Below, piece by piece: positions 48,156-57,300 of a DNA stretch of 64,000 nt (positions are counted from its first letter, which is position 1; each line of letters opens with the position of its first letter). A program made the translations under genes and the position numbers. Source of the DNA: an uncultured Gammaproteobacteria bacterium (GTDB lineage Bacteria > Patescibacteriota > Patescibacteriia > Magasanikbacterales > GWA2-37-8). The stretch lies in the NCBI GenBank assembly GCA_964355175.1, contig CAYHBZ010000002.1, forward strand, positions 119,189 through 183,188, read 5' to 3'. The notes beneath the pieces were generated by a model, which saw only the letters and a list, made by a program, of their open reading frames with translations, ran no database searches and was not told the DNA's origin.

Positions 48156-49943
48156 ATGGAAGACAAACAACTGGAATACATGCGTCATAGTTGCGCGCAC
48201 TTGGTGGCCGCGGCTGTGCAGGAGCTTTATCCTGAGGCCAAATTTGGTGTGGGTCCGGCGATTGAAAATGGGTTTTATTATGATATAGATTTTGGCGCGC
48301 CGGTAGGGGAAAGTGATTTACAAAAAATTGAAGATAAAGCCAAAGAGCTTGGTAAAAAAGGTTTGGGTTATGCCCGTACTGAAATGACTATTGAAGAAGC
48401 CCAAGAATTTTTCTCCAAACGCGGACAGCCTTTCAAAGTAGAATTGTTACAAGATATTAAAGAAAAAGGCAGTACCAGAAAAAATGAGCAAGACAGGGAT
48501 CTTTCCGGATCAGTAGAAAAAGTTTCTATCTATCAGACCGGAGATTTTATTGATCTTTGTCGCGGTGGACATATTGAAAATACCAAAGATATCGGTGCTT
48601 TTAAACTAACAAAATTGGCTGGTGCTTACTGGCGTGGTAGTGAAAAAAATCCTCAGTTGACTCGCGTGTATGGTGTGCTTTTTGCTACCCAAGAAGAAGT
48701 AGATAATTACCTAAATATGGTAGAAGAAGCCAAGAAGCGCGATCACCGCAAACTTGGTAAAGAGTTGGAATTGTTTACCATTATTGATGAAATTGGCGGT
48801 GGTCTGCCTTTATTTTATCCTCAGGGCGCGGTATTGCGTCGCTTGGTAGAAAATTTTGTGATTGAGCTCCAGGAAAGACGCGGCTATGTGCCAATTTGGA
48901 TTCCACATATTACCAAAGGAAAATTGTACGAGATTTCCGGTCACCTGCAGAAATATGACGCGATGTATCCGCCAATGCATTTGGAAGGTGAAGATGATTA
49001 TTATCTCAAACCGATGAACTGTCCGCACTTCATGATGCTCTACAAGACTCAGATGCATTCGTATCGTGAATTGCCAATGCGCTGGACCTGCACTACCACC
49101 AATTATCGCTACGAAAAATCCGGTGAGCTTTCCGGTCTTACTCGCGTGCGCGCTTTGACTCAAGACGATTGTCATGTGTTCGCTCGCCCTGATCAGATTG
49201 AGGGTGAAATCAATTTGATGCTCGACATGATTAATGAAATTTATAATGCTTTTACTCTAAAAGATTTTTGGGTGCGTATCTCCGTACATGATCCGGCTAA
49301 CAAAGAAAAATATATTGGCGATGCCAAAATTTGGGAGGAATCCGAATCCGCCTTATCACGCTTAATCGAAAAGCGCGGCTGGAAGCATGAAGTAGGTGTG
49401 GGTGAAGCGGCTTTCTATGGTCCAAAATTGGATTTTATGGCCAAAGATGTGCTCGGTCGTGAATGGCAGCTTTCCACTATTCAGCTTGATATGAATTTGC
49501 CAGAGCGTTTTGAATTAGAATATACGGCTAATGACGGCACCAAACAGCGTCCGGTGGTAATTCATCGTGCTATCCTAGGATCCATTGAAAGATTTCTTGG
49601 TATCTTAATTGAGCACTTTGGTGGTAAATGGCCAGTGTGGCTTTCTCCGGTGCAGGCGGTGTTGGTACCAGTCACTGAGAAACATGCCGAAGGTGCCAGT
49701 ATGCTCAAGAATGAATTATTTGATTTGGGTGTGCGTGTAGAAATAGATGATGCCAATGAAACTCTAGGCAACCGTGTACGCAAAGCGGCCAATAAACATA
49801 TTCCATATATTATTGTCGTGGGTGATAAAGAACTTGGCGGCGAAGATTGGATGGTAAAAGTGCGCGGCGAAAAAGAACAGCTAAAAATTAGTAAGACGGA
49901 TTTTATCCAGAAGATACTCAAAGAAATAAAAGATAGATCATAA
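48156..49943 (+). CDS. thrS: threonine--tRNA ligase
   Basis: Class II aaRS motifs, editing-domain HxxxH..CxxxH (HSCAHLV) and an anticodon-binding C-terminus. 595 aa. Confidence 0.95.
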   Translation: MEDKQLEYMRHSCAHLVAAAVQELYPEAKFGVGPAIENGFYYDIDFGAPVGESDLQKIEDKAKELGKKGLGYARTEMTIEEAQEFFSKRGQPFKVELLQDIKEKGSTRKNEQDRDLSGSVEKVSIYQTGDFIDLCRGGHIENTKDIGAFKLTKLAGAYWRGSEKNPQLTRVYGVLFATQEEVDNYLNMVEEAKKRDHRKLGKELELFTIIDEIGGGLPLFYPQGAVLRRLVENFVIELQERRGYVPIWIPHITKGKLYEISGHLQKYDAMYPPMHLEGEDDYYLKPMNCPHFMMLYKTQMHSYRELPMRWTCTTTNYRYEKSGELSGLTRVRALTQDDCHVFARPDQIEGEINLMLDMINEIYNAFTLKDFWVRISVHDPANKEKYIGDAKIWEESESALSRLIEKRGWKHEVGVGEAAFYGPKLDFMAKDVLGREWQLSTIQLDMNLPERFELEYTANDGTKQRPVVIHRAILGSIERFLGILIEHFGGKWPVWLSPVQAVLVPVTEKHAEGASMLKNELFDLGVRVEIDDANETLGNRVRKAANKHIPYIIVVGDKELGGEDWMVKVRGEKEQLKISKTDFIQKILKEIKDRS

Positions 49944-49946
49944 AAC

Positions 49947-50873
49947 ATGCACAAATTACCAAAGGTTATCTTTGTTATCGGTCAGACCGCTTCCGGTAAA
50001 ACCGCCTTGGCTATAGAATTAGCCAAGAAATTTAACGGTGCTATTATAAATGCCGACTCTAGGCAGGTTTATAAAAAAATGGATATTGTCACGGCCAAGC
50101 CGCTGGCCGACAAGAACAGCTCTAAGTCGGAATATATTGTGGAAGGAATAAAGCATTATCTAATGGACATTTATGACCCAGGCAAGAATTTTACTTTAGC
50201 TGGTTTCAAAAAGCATGCTTTGGAGGCGATAAAAACAATTTTAAATAATGGTCAACTGCCTATAGTGGTGGGAGGAACCGGATTATATATTTGGTCTTTG
50301 GTGGATAATTTGGATATTCCGGCGGTCGCTCCCAATAAAAAATTACGCAGTAGTCTAGAAGAAAAATCTTTGCCTGATTTGGTAAAATTATTAAAAAATG
50401 TGGACGCAAAATCCGCAGAAAAATTAGATTTAAAAAACAAGCGCAGAGTTCTTAGGGCGCTTGAAGTATCTCTAAGCAGTGGCGAATCCTTTACGAAACA
50501 ATCCACCAAATCGGATCTAATTTATAATAGTCTGCAGATTGGTTTGGCCTGGAAGCGAGATGAAATTTATAAACGAATTGAAGATAGGGTGGATATGCAG
50601 ATAAAAAATGGAGCAATAGAAGAAACTAAAAATTTAATTGAAAGTTACCCTGATAATTTACCCAGTTTGAGCACTATCGGCTACAAACAAATTGCCGCTT
50701 TTTTACGAGGGGAGAGTACTTTGGAAGAAGCCGTGCAACAATTTAAGCGTGACGCTCGTCGTTATGCCAAACGCCAGGAGACTTGGTTTAAAAGAGATGA
50801 TAGGATACAGTGGATTGAGAAAAATGATGCCGCGGCTGCCAGCGAGCTAGTGAAAAAATTCTTGGAAAAATAA
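49947..50873 (+). CDS. miaA: tRNA dimethylallyltransferase
   Basis: P-loop GQTASGKT, DSRQVYK and the overall MiaA architecture. Confidence 0.9.
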   Translation: MHKLPKVIFVIGQTASGKTALAIELAKKFNGAIINADSRQVYKKMDIVTAKPLADKNSSKSEYIVEGIKHYLMDIYDPGKNFTLAGFKKHALEAIKTILNNGQLPIVVGGTGLYIWSLVDNLDIPAVAPNKKLRSSLEEKSLPDLVKLLKNVDAKSAEKLDLKNKRRVLRALEVSLSSGESFTKQSTKSDLIYNSLQIGLAWKRDEIYKRIEDRVDMQIKNGAIEETKNLIESYPDNLPSLSTIGYKQIAAFLRGESTLEEAVQQFKRDARRYAKRQETWFKRDDRIQWIEKNDAAAASELVKKFLEK

Positions 50874-50880
50874 TTAAAAC

Positions 50881-51053
50881 AAAAAAATACCGTACAATTT
50901 TCACCTGATAAAAGTTCGCATAATTGGCTATAAATTTTCGTTATGGCCCTAAGGGTAGGGCCATTGTCCCGACTAAGTCGGGACACCACTCAAATTTACT
51001 TACGCCAATTAGGGGCTCACTTTTATGCGGTAAAAATTGTACGGTATTTTTTT
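50881..51053. mobile_element. MITE-like element copy 1: ~130-bp conserved core with imperfect TIRs, inserted in the loop of a bidirectional terminator palindrome
   Basis: The host palindrome AAAAAAATACCGTACAATTTT (50881-50901) and AAAAATTGTACGGTATTTTTTT (51032-51053) flank the core 50902-51031. The core is ~95% identical to 60961-61081. The core ends CCTGATAAAAGT..CATAATTGGC and GCCAATTAGG..ACTTTTATGCGG are inverted. Confidence 0.55.
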
Positions 51054-51056
51054 GTT

Positions 51057-52943
51057 TTAATTATTTAGAGGAATCTCATCTCCGGTGAGTTCCAGTTGTT
51101 TGCCGGTGACGCTGTCTTGGGCTTGGATGTGCACTTTGGAAACCAGGATATTTTGAGTAGGATTTTTCTTATTGATAACTACTGAGAATGGCAGGGCTAA
51201 GACATCGCTATTTTCGGTAAGCTCAGGGATATCCCATACCAGATGTTTGGAGTTTTGGTCAAAGGACAGGGTGCCGGCTGGAGTAGACGAAGCGCTCATA
51301 AAGGTGATGTCGCCAAACAAATCAGCAGTTACTTTGATATTTTTGAGAGTGTGAAAAGTGTTGGAAAGAATCCAGGTAATATCGTGATTTTCGCGTTCTT
51401 TACTGTCGGAGCTGATCTCATTTTTTTGTTTAAATTTTAAATCTGAATTCAAAGTAATTATAATGGCGTTGCCAGAAATTGTCTGGGTAGCGCCCGTTTT
51501 ATCAGTATAGGTCAAGTTCGTGTTTACAGTAACTTGGTAGGTATCAACACTCGACCAAGGAGCGGTATCACTGTTTTTTATCGGAAGTTGGAACTCAATA
51601 TTAGTTTGTCCGGAAGGCTTTATTAGATTTAGATCTTTGTCTTTACTGCTATCCCACGCCAAAGCAGCACGACGAATGGAATCTGAAATTTGTGAGCCAG
51701 TAATATCACCATCATGTTTGTCGGCAATGTCGGACCAAGCTAAAACACTTTGTTTTTTGTAAGATGGAGAGTCTACTACCAATTGAACCTTTGCTTTACT
51801 GATATCATCTTTGCCGGCATTTTTCACGGCGATAGTAAAGTTTAAAATTTCACCTGGCTTGGAATCAAAATCGGTCAAAGAACCGTTGATAGCGGTATTA
51901 ATAATTACCGAATTCTTAATCAGTTCCGTCCTTAGGGTGGATTCAGCCAAAAGGTAGCTGGTTTGAGCTTGTTGGTCCGCCAACGAAACTTGCACCTTTA
52001 GATCCGAAGCATCAGCCGAAGCGTCATTGAATTGTCCACTGAAAGAGATTACGTATTGGTTGGCCAAAGTAGAAGTAGCGGCTTTTATATTCCAAACATT
52101 TTTCTCCAGCGGCAAGCTCGAGCTAGCCATTACAAAGCTGGGAGGGAAAATAGGAGACACTATCAAGTTTTTGTTGGCTAAATTGTCTTTGCTTTTGATA
52201 GTAATGGTATAGGTCGAAGGACTGCCTACCGCCACTTTGTCGAGACCGGCAATGGCCACCGATATTGGGGCTTGGTTTGGTTTGATATCCAAGGTGGCTA
52301 CTTTTTGCATCTCGGAATTGAAATTTTCTGGAGTGAAGTTGAGTAACGCGCGCCAGGAAATAGCGGTGCCGACCGATCCGAAAGAATTACCGGTAATTTG
52401 CAAAGTTTTTTCTTCGTGTGGTTTTAATGTGCCGAGATCCCATGCATTTTTTCCAATATTTTTTGGTTCCAGTGAGCTTTGTAGGAAAGAGAATCCTGTA
52501 GGATAGTTTAGGGTTAAGGTGACTTTGTTTAAATTTACACCCTGATTATTTTTGAAGCGTATGCTATAGGTAGTGGTGGCCCCTACGACAAAATTTTGCG
52601 GTCCTTCAATCGCCAAATCCACCTGTGAGTCATCGAATTGTCCACCATTTGGTAGGAATAAGAAGCCGGTCCAGGCCATGGCGGCTAATAAGGCAACGGT
52701 GAAAAAGAATTTGAACATGCCAGCGATAAAAGATCCACTTGAAGTGCGTTTGATCTCGCGCATGTTTGGCAAGCGACCGCTGTCATCTTCGTAAATATCT
52801 TTTAATTGGCGACCGATTTTTTCGCTAGTTTGATCCTCGGCGGATTCTTCTGCCACTACTTTGCGAACGCGGCGTGGTTTTTTTGGAGCAGTTGATTCGT
52901 TTGAAAAAAATTTTTCTTCGGACATAAATTTATTTATTTTCAA
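51057..52943 (-). CDS. hypothetical membrane-anchored protein with large beta-rich extracytoplasmic region (628 aa)
   Basis: N-terminal basic region, one TM, then repetitive beta-strand-like segments. Overlaps the upstream gene by 14 nt, suggesting an operon. Confidence 0.6.
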   Translation of the reverse strand: MKINKFMSEEKFFSNESTAPKKPRRVRKVVAEESAEDQTSEKIGRQLKDIYEDDSGRLPNMREIKRTSSGSFIAGMFKFFFTVALLAAMAWTGFLFLPNGGQFDDSQVDLAIEGPQNFVVGATTTYSIRFKNNQGVNLNKVTLTLNYPTGFSFLQSSLEPKNIGKNAWDLGTLKPHEEKTLQITGNSFGSVGTAISWRALLNFTPENFNSEMQKVATLDIKPNQAPISVAIAGLDKVAVGSPSTYTITIKSKDNLANKNLIVSPIFPPSFVMASSSLPLEKNVWNIKAATSTLANQYVISFSGQFNDASADASDLKVQVSLADQQAQTSYLLAESTLRTELIKNSVIINTAINGSLTDFDSKPGEILNFTIAVKNAGKDDISKAKVQLVVDSPSYKKQSVLAWSDIADKHDGDITGSQISDSIRRAALAWDSSKDKDLNLIKPSGQTNIEFQLPIKNSDTAPWSSVDTYQVTVNTNLTYTDKTGATQTISGNAIIITLNSDLKFKQKNEISSDSKERENHDITWILSNTFHTLKNIKVTADLFGDITFMSASSTPAGTLSFDQNSKHLVWDIPELTENSDVLALPFSVVINKKNPTQNILVSKVHIQAQDSVTGKQLELTGDEIPLNN

Positions 52944-55506
52944 TAATTAATCCCCAAGTATGATCGGCGTTCAAATTAAAATTGGCGATACTGGCTCCGT
53001 TTTTGGCTAATTCTATATTATCGCCTTGTTGATGCGATGCTTGGTAGTTGGTTGGTAAAATTATTTGACTTTCAAAAGCGCTGTCGATGCCGGATTGTCT
53101 TTGGACTATCAGTTGATACGGACTCATTTTTTTCACCGCTAGGAATTTTTGCCATAGATCTTGACTAGCACTATTCATTGTTTCGATTCTAAAAGGCAGG
53201 CGATAAGTAAATTGGATTTGGCTGGTTTGGCCGGGAGTGGTGACGATCCAATTGCCAAAAGCCGTTTTATCAAATTCTTCTGTTATCCGTGTGCCGGTGC
53301 GTTCGTCTATTTTTATTTCTTTTTCGGTTTGATTTAACAGATCATCGTCCTTATAATAATTTTCCGGCACATGAAAATCAGATTCATCCGGCCAGGTAAA
53401 TCCGTTGGCAGAAATAAGCTCACTGCCACGCGGCACATAGACACGGATATAATCAATATTAGGAGCGCCATACATTTCTTCCTGTGATTCGCCGCCGTGG
53501 GTGCGGGTAATTATTACCGTATCGGATATAGAGCCGTCACTGTCGACAATCACTTGGTGACTGATGGATTGTTTTATTCTAGCGTCACTTTTTTGACCAT
53601 GGATATTGGTATTGAATACGGCCAGATAATCTTGGTTGGAATTGGTAGGTAAAATTTTTCCAGCCCAACCCATTTGTTGTGTGGCGTTTTGAGCGGTTTG
53701 GTCGATAAAGTATGCTTGGATTTCTTTTTTGGAAAGAGCATCTTGCAAATTTGTCAACAATGGAATCAAATTTTTTGGTTCGCTATTTTTGAAGTGTTCG
53801 ATAAATTGTGGAGCCAGATCAGAAAGAATTTGTTTTGGTTTGTGTAATTTTTTTTCTGGACCCGATTCTACGACTTTTTGAATAGTTGGCAAGGCATTAT
53901 TAGCGGAAATAATTAGACCGCGTTTGCTGTCGCTGATCGGCCCGGTAATTGCCAGCAGTCTTTCGAGTACGCTGGCGTTGATAGCAATCACGCCATCGGC
54001 CGTAATATTGCGACTGTGACGATAAAACCATAATATTTTTTGAGCGGAAACGGAAAAATCCGGAAACCAATTGGCATCTTGGAATTCCCAGCGTTTGTTG
54101 GTTAGCAAAAGTGGAGTTGGTGGAATTATATATTGATCTAGCTGTCCTTGTAGATCATAGGTGCCGCCGGCTGGGACTTCTAGGTTTAAAATTTTTCCAT
54201 CTTTGATATCTAATATCGCAAAACTTCCCATAAAACCTCCGGTCGGACGCAACTCCGCTGGATTTTGGAAGACCAATAAATAACGGCGCTGACCCTGAGC
54301 GCCAAAAATTTCTTTGAGCGATCCGCCCAAATCAGAAAGGCTCTGTAGGTCGGCCAATACTGCTCCGAAAATATTTTGGAAATCTTTGAATGGCCCTTGA
54401 TAAGCCAGTGGCAAGGCCTGGTCATCCACGCCATCTAAATCATCCATGGCCGCTTGATAATTTGGGATAGCGGCATGTAGGTGTTCCATCAGAATATTCA
54501 TTCTATTCTCCAGAGTGCTGGTAGCATCAGTCTGACTCTCTGTGATTCCTTTGAGCAGATAGGTGTTGCCCAAAGCGATTTTTTGTCCAGCCAATAATAA
54601 ATTTTGACGACTCTTTACTTCATTTTCCATTACTGGAATAACCGAAACTATTTTTTGCAGAACTTCATGTTTGGTTTGCATTGTCTCGACAGCATTGCCA
54701 AAACTATTGAGCGCCTCATTGATAGCGATTTGCGCTGTTGGCAAATCAGAATGCATCAAAGCGGCAGTGGAATTTTGCAGGGACATAAAACCGTTGGTGC
54801 TGTCGGAAACGATTTTATTTTTGGTGAGCTGAATATCTTGGTAGTAGCTATTGGCTTTGCCCGGCACTATCAAAATAATAGCGAGCACTACTAAGGCCAC
54901 TGTTATTTTTTGTAAAATTAAATTGCTCTTTGCCCAACCGCCAAAATCTTTGGTCGCGTCTTCGATATGCTGGGCGGTTTTTGTTTCCCAATTATTCCAA
55001 TTCTGTTTGAGGATGTTTAATTTATTTGGTCGTGAAATTTTTACTACCGGAGTAGGATTTTTTTGGACCGGAATTTGAGAATTTAAAGGTCTAAATAATT
55101 TTTCAGTTGTAAATTTGTTGAAAATTGGAGTTTCATCGGCGGCTTGCTCGCGAGTGGGTTCAGTCGTGATCGGATAGATGATTTTGTGTTCACGCACTTC
55201 TTTTATTTTTTTATAAGCATCTTCAAAATCGGATCGATGCGACTGTGGACCCACAGTTTGGACTTGGTCCAGAGCCGTATCAGGTTGTTTTTTGAGATTA
55301 ACAACATGAGGTGAGTGAGTAGGGGTGTTGGTGACATGGTGAACAAAAAATTTGATGTGTGAAAAATTTGGCTGGCTATTTTTGGGCACAACTAAAGAGG
55401 CCTGGTAGATTTCGCAGGTGGATTTATTGTGGCCGCTTTTGTCGCAGAAGGCACAGCGGCGTAGTTGTGGCCTTTTTTTAGAGAAAAATTTTTTAATTTT
55501 GGACAT
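52930..55506 (-). CDS. hypothetical membrane protein (858 aa) with N-terminal CCHC zinc-knuckle-like motif
   Basis: CAFCDKSGHNKSTC (C-x2-C-x4-H-x4-C) near the N-terminus, one TM and a large extracytoplasmic domain. Confidence 0.6.
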   Translation of the reverse strand: MSKIKKFFSKKRPQLRRCAFCDKSGHNKSTCEIYQASLVVPKNSQPNFSHIKFFVHHVTNTPTHSPHVVNLKKQPDTALDQVQTVGPQSHRSDFEDAYKKIKEVREHKIIYPITTEPTREQAADETPIFNKFTTEKLFRPLNSQIPVQKNPTPVVKISRPNKLNILKQNWNNWETKTAQHIEDATKDFGGWAKSNLILQKITVALVVLAIILIVPGKANSYYQDIQLTKNKIVSDSTNGFMSLQNSTAALMHSDLPTAQIAINEALNSFGNAVETMQTKHEVLQKIVSVIPVMENEVKSRQNLLLAGQKIALGNTYLLKGITESQTDATSTLENRMNILMEHLHAAIPNYQAAMDDLDGVDDQALPLAYQGPFKDFQNIFGAVLADLQSLSDLGGSLKEIFGAQGQRRYLLVFQNPAELRPTGGFMGSFAILDIKDGKILNLEVPAGGTYDLQGQLDQYIIPPTPLLLTNKRWEFQDANWFPDFSVSAQKILWFYRHSRNITADGVIAINASVLERLLAITGPISDSKRGLIISANNALPTIQKVVESGPEKKLHKPKQILSDLAPQFIEHFKNSEPKNLIPLLTNLQDALSKKEIQAYFIDQTAQNATQQMGWAGKILPTNSNQDYLAVFNTNIHGQKSDARIKQSISHQVIVDSDGSISDTVIITRTHGGESQEEMYGAPNIDYIRVYVPRGSELISANGFTWPDESDFHVPENYYKDDDLLNQTEKEIKIDERTGTRITEEFDKTAFGNWIVTTPGQTSQIQFTYRLPFRIETMNSASQDLWQKFLAVKKMSPYQLIVQRQSGIDSAFESQIILPTNYQASHQQGDNIELAKNGASIANFNLNADHTWGLIIENK

Positions 55507-55590
55507 GCTAAAAACCAGAAATCTTAACTTCCTATATTATACACTTTTTTGGAGATATTAGCACGAGAAAAAATGAGCAGTTATCCACTT

Positions 55591-56706
55591 TTAGAGGCAA
55601 TTTTTGTAGGTGAATTGAGTTTTTTGTGTCGTAGAAGTCCAGGAGTATTTTTGGAGTATTTTTTGGCTATTTTCTGCGAGTTTTTTAGAGAGGTTTTTGT
55701 CTTCTATGACTAGCTGAGCGGTTTGGGCTAGATGATGGGGGTCGGTCGGGTCAAAATAGGCGGCCGCATCACCCAAAATCTCGGGTAGGCAGGTGCGATC
55801 CGAGCTGATTACCGGCAAATTGTATTGCATAGCCTCAAGCGGCGGCAAGCCAAAGCCTTCATATAGGCTAGGAAAGACATAGAGCGTAGCCTTTTTGTAT
55901 AAATTGGCCAAAGTTGCATCGTCGACAAAATCGGTCAGAATAACATTTTTAATATTTTTTTCTTTAATTATTTTTTTCAGACGTTCGTAGAAGTAATTAT
56001 TTTTTCCAGCCAACACCAGCTGATAATTTTTGTCGTATTTATCACAAAAAATTTCCCAGGCAGTGAGTAATGTTTCCAAATTTTTATGAGGGTAAGCTAC
56101 ACCTACATATAGCCAATATGGCTGAGTTATAGAGTATTTTTTATTTAGATCAATGTCGACAAAGTCCTTGATTGGCAAGGGTGAAAGCAAAATGGTAACA
56201 ATTTTTTCAGCTTTTATTTTCAGGGTATCTTTAATATCTTTTTTTGTAGATTCACTAACGGTAATTATTTTTTTTGCTGAGTTTACCGCGTGTTTAAGAA
56301 CCATTAAAAATATTTTATTTTTTAACCAATAAAGTATTGGCGAGAGTGTGCTGGCGCGACGGCTAGGGTAATGCAAAAGCAATAAATCATGGATAGTGAC
56401 TACAAAATTATCGTTGAAAAATAACGGTACATTCCAGTGGGGAAAATGCACCAAGTCTACTTTTAGTTTTTTAATTATTTTGGGTAGAAAAATTTGTTCT
56501 TTCCAACCGTACCAGGGGATATCAACCAGAATTTTTTGGAAGTTTGGATTGGTAGGGGAATATTCTGACCAGTTTTCCTGGCGCAACAAAATAACATACT
56601 GATTTTCAGTATCAATTTTTTCAAGGTTTAGGATCAGCTGTTCAATATAGCGCCCCAGGCCACCTTGTTTGGGGCCATACATACGGGCATCGATAGCTAT
56701 TTTCAT
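55591..56706 (-). CDS. glycosyltransferase family 4
   Basis: C-terminal EGFGLPPLEAM and the E-x7-E region of GT4. Confidence 0.85.
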   Translation of the reverse strand: MKIAIDARMYGPKQGGLGRYIEQLILNLEKIDTENQYVILLRQENWSEYSPTNPNFQKILVDIPWYGWKEQIFLPKIIKKLKVDLVHFPHWNVPLFFNDNFVVTIHDLLLLHYPSRRASTLSPILYWLKNKIFLMVLKHAVNSAKKIITVSESTKKDIKDTLKIKAEKIVTILLSPLPIKDFVDIDLNKKYSITQPYWLYVGVAYPHKNLETLLTAWEIFCDKYDKNYQLVLAGKNNYFYERLKKIIKEKNIKNVILTDFVDDATLANLYKKATLYVFPSLYEGFGLPPLEAMQYNLPVISSDRTCLPEILGDAAAYFDPTDPHHLAQTAQLVIEDKNLSKKLAENSQKILQKYSWTSTTQKTQFTYKNCL

Positions 56707-56832
56707 AATTTCTAAATTATATCAGGATCTTGACCTTTTGGCTATTTTCTAGTTATATTCCATATAGTTATGTTGGCCGGTAGCGTAGGGTACGCTGATT
56801 CGGCTTAGTGATCGGTCTCTAAGGGGGTGGTC

Positions 56833-57099
56833 ATGCGTAAGCAGACTGGAGTGGATGTGTTGAACACCCGCGAATTCAAGGAGGCTTTGGCGGAGGTTCT
56901 GCAGAAGGCTTTTCCTGACTGGCAGGACGAGACCGAGATCGATCAATTGTCTGTTTGGACGATCTTCGTCGAGCTCAAGTCGGCGCTTGGTCGTCGTGGA
57001 CAGAGCGAAGAACCGGTCAACTTTCCTCGGGTCCACGACATGACGGCTCAGGAGCTCATCCTGAACATGTGCCAGGCGTATGGAATTGTCGCGCCGTAG
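56833..57099 (+). CDS. hypothetical acidic protein, 88 aa, in high-GC island D
   Basis: GC ~58%. RBS context TCTCTAAGGGGGTGGTCATG is nearly identical to that of island B. The track ORF starts at an upstream GTG (56827). Confidence 0.5.
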   Translation: MRKQTGVDVLNTREFKEALAEVLQKAFPDWQDETEIDQLSVWTIFVELKSALGRRGQSEEPVNFPRVHDMTAQELILNMCQAYGIVAP

Positions 57100-57165
57100 G
57101 AGGGTCAGATGCGCGCTCGCGCTCCGCCGCTTTAATAGTGGGCAGGAGGGTGAGTGGCTACTATA

Positions 57166-57226
57166 AACCGTTCACCACCTGTTTTGTTTCTAAATATTTG
57201 GAGATAAAACAAGTGAACGGTTTTTT
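57166..57226 (+). terminator. inverted-repeat terminator after island D (homologous to the one after island C)
   Basis: AAACCGTTCACCACCTGTTTTGTTTCTAAATATTTGGAG..GTGAACGGTTTTTTG. Confidence 0.45.
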
Positions 57227-57300
57227 GTTTAAATTTTTTTTAAAATGGATTGCCAAAATAGGTTTTTTACATTATAATTAAGGTGTAATAATTTTTTGGT

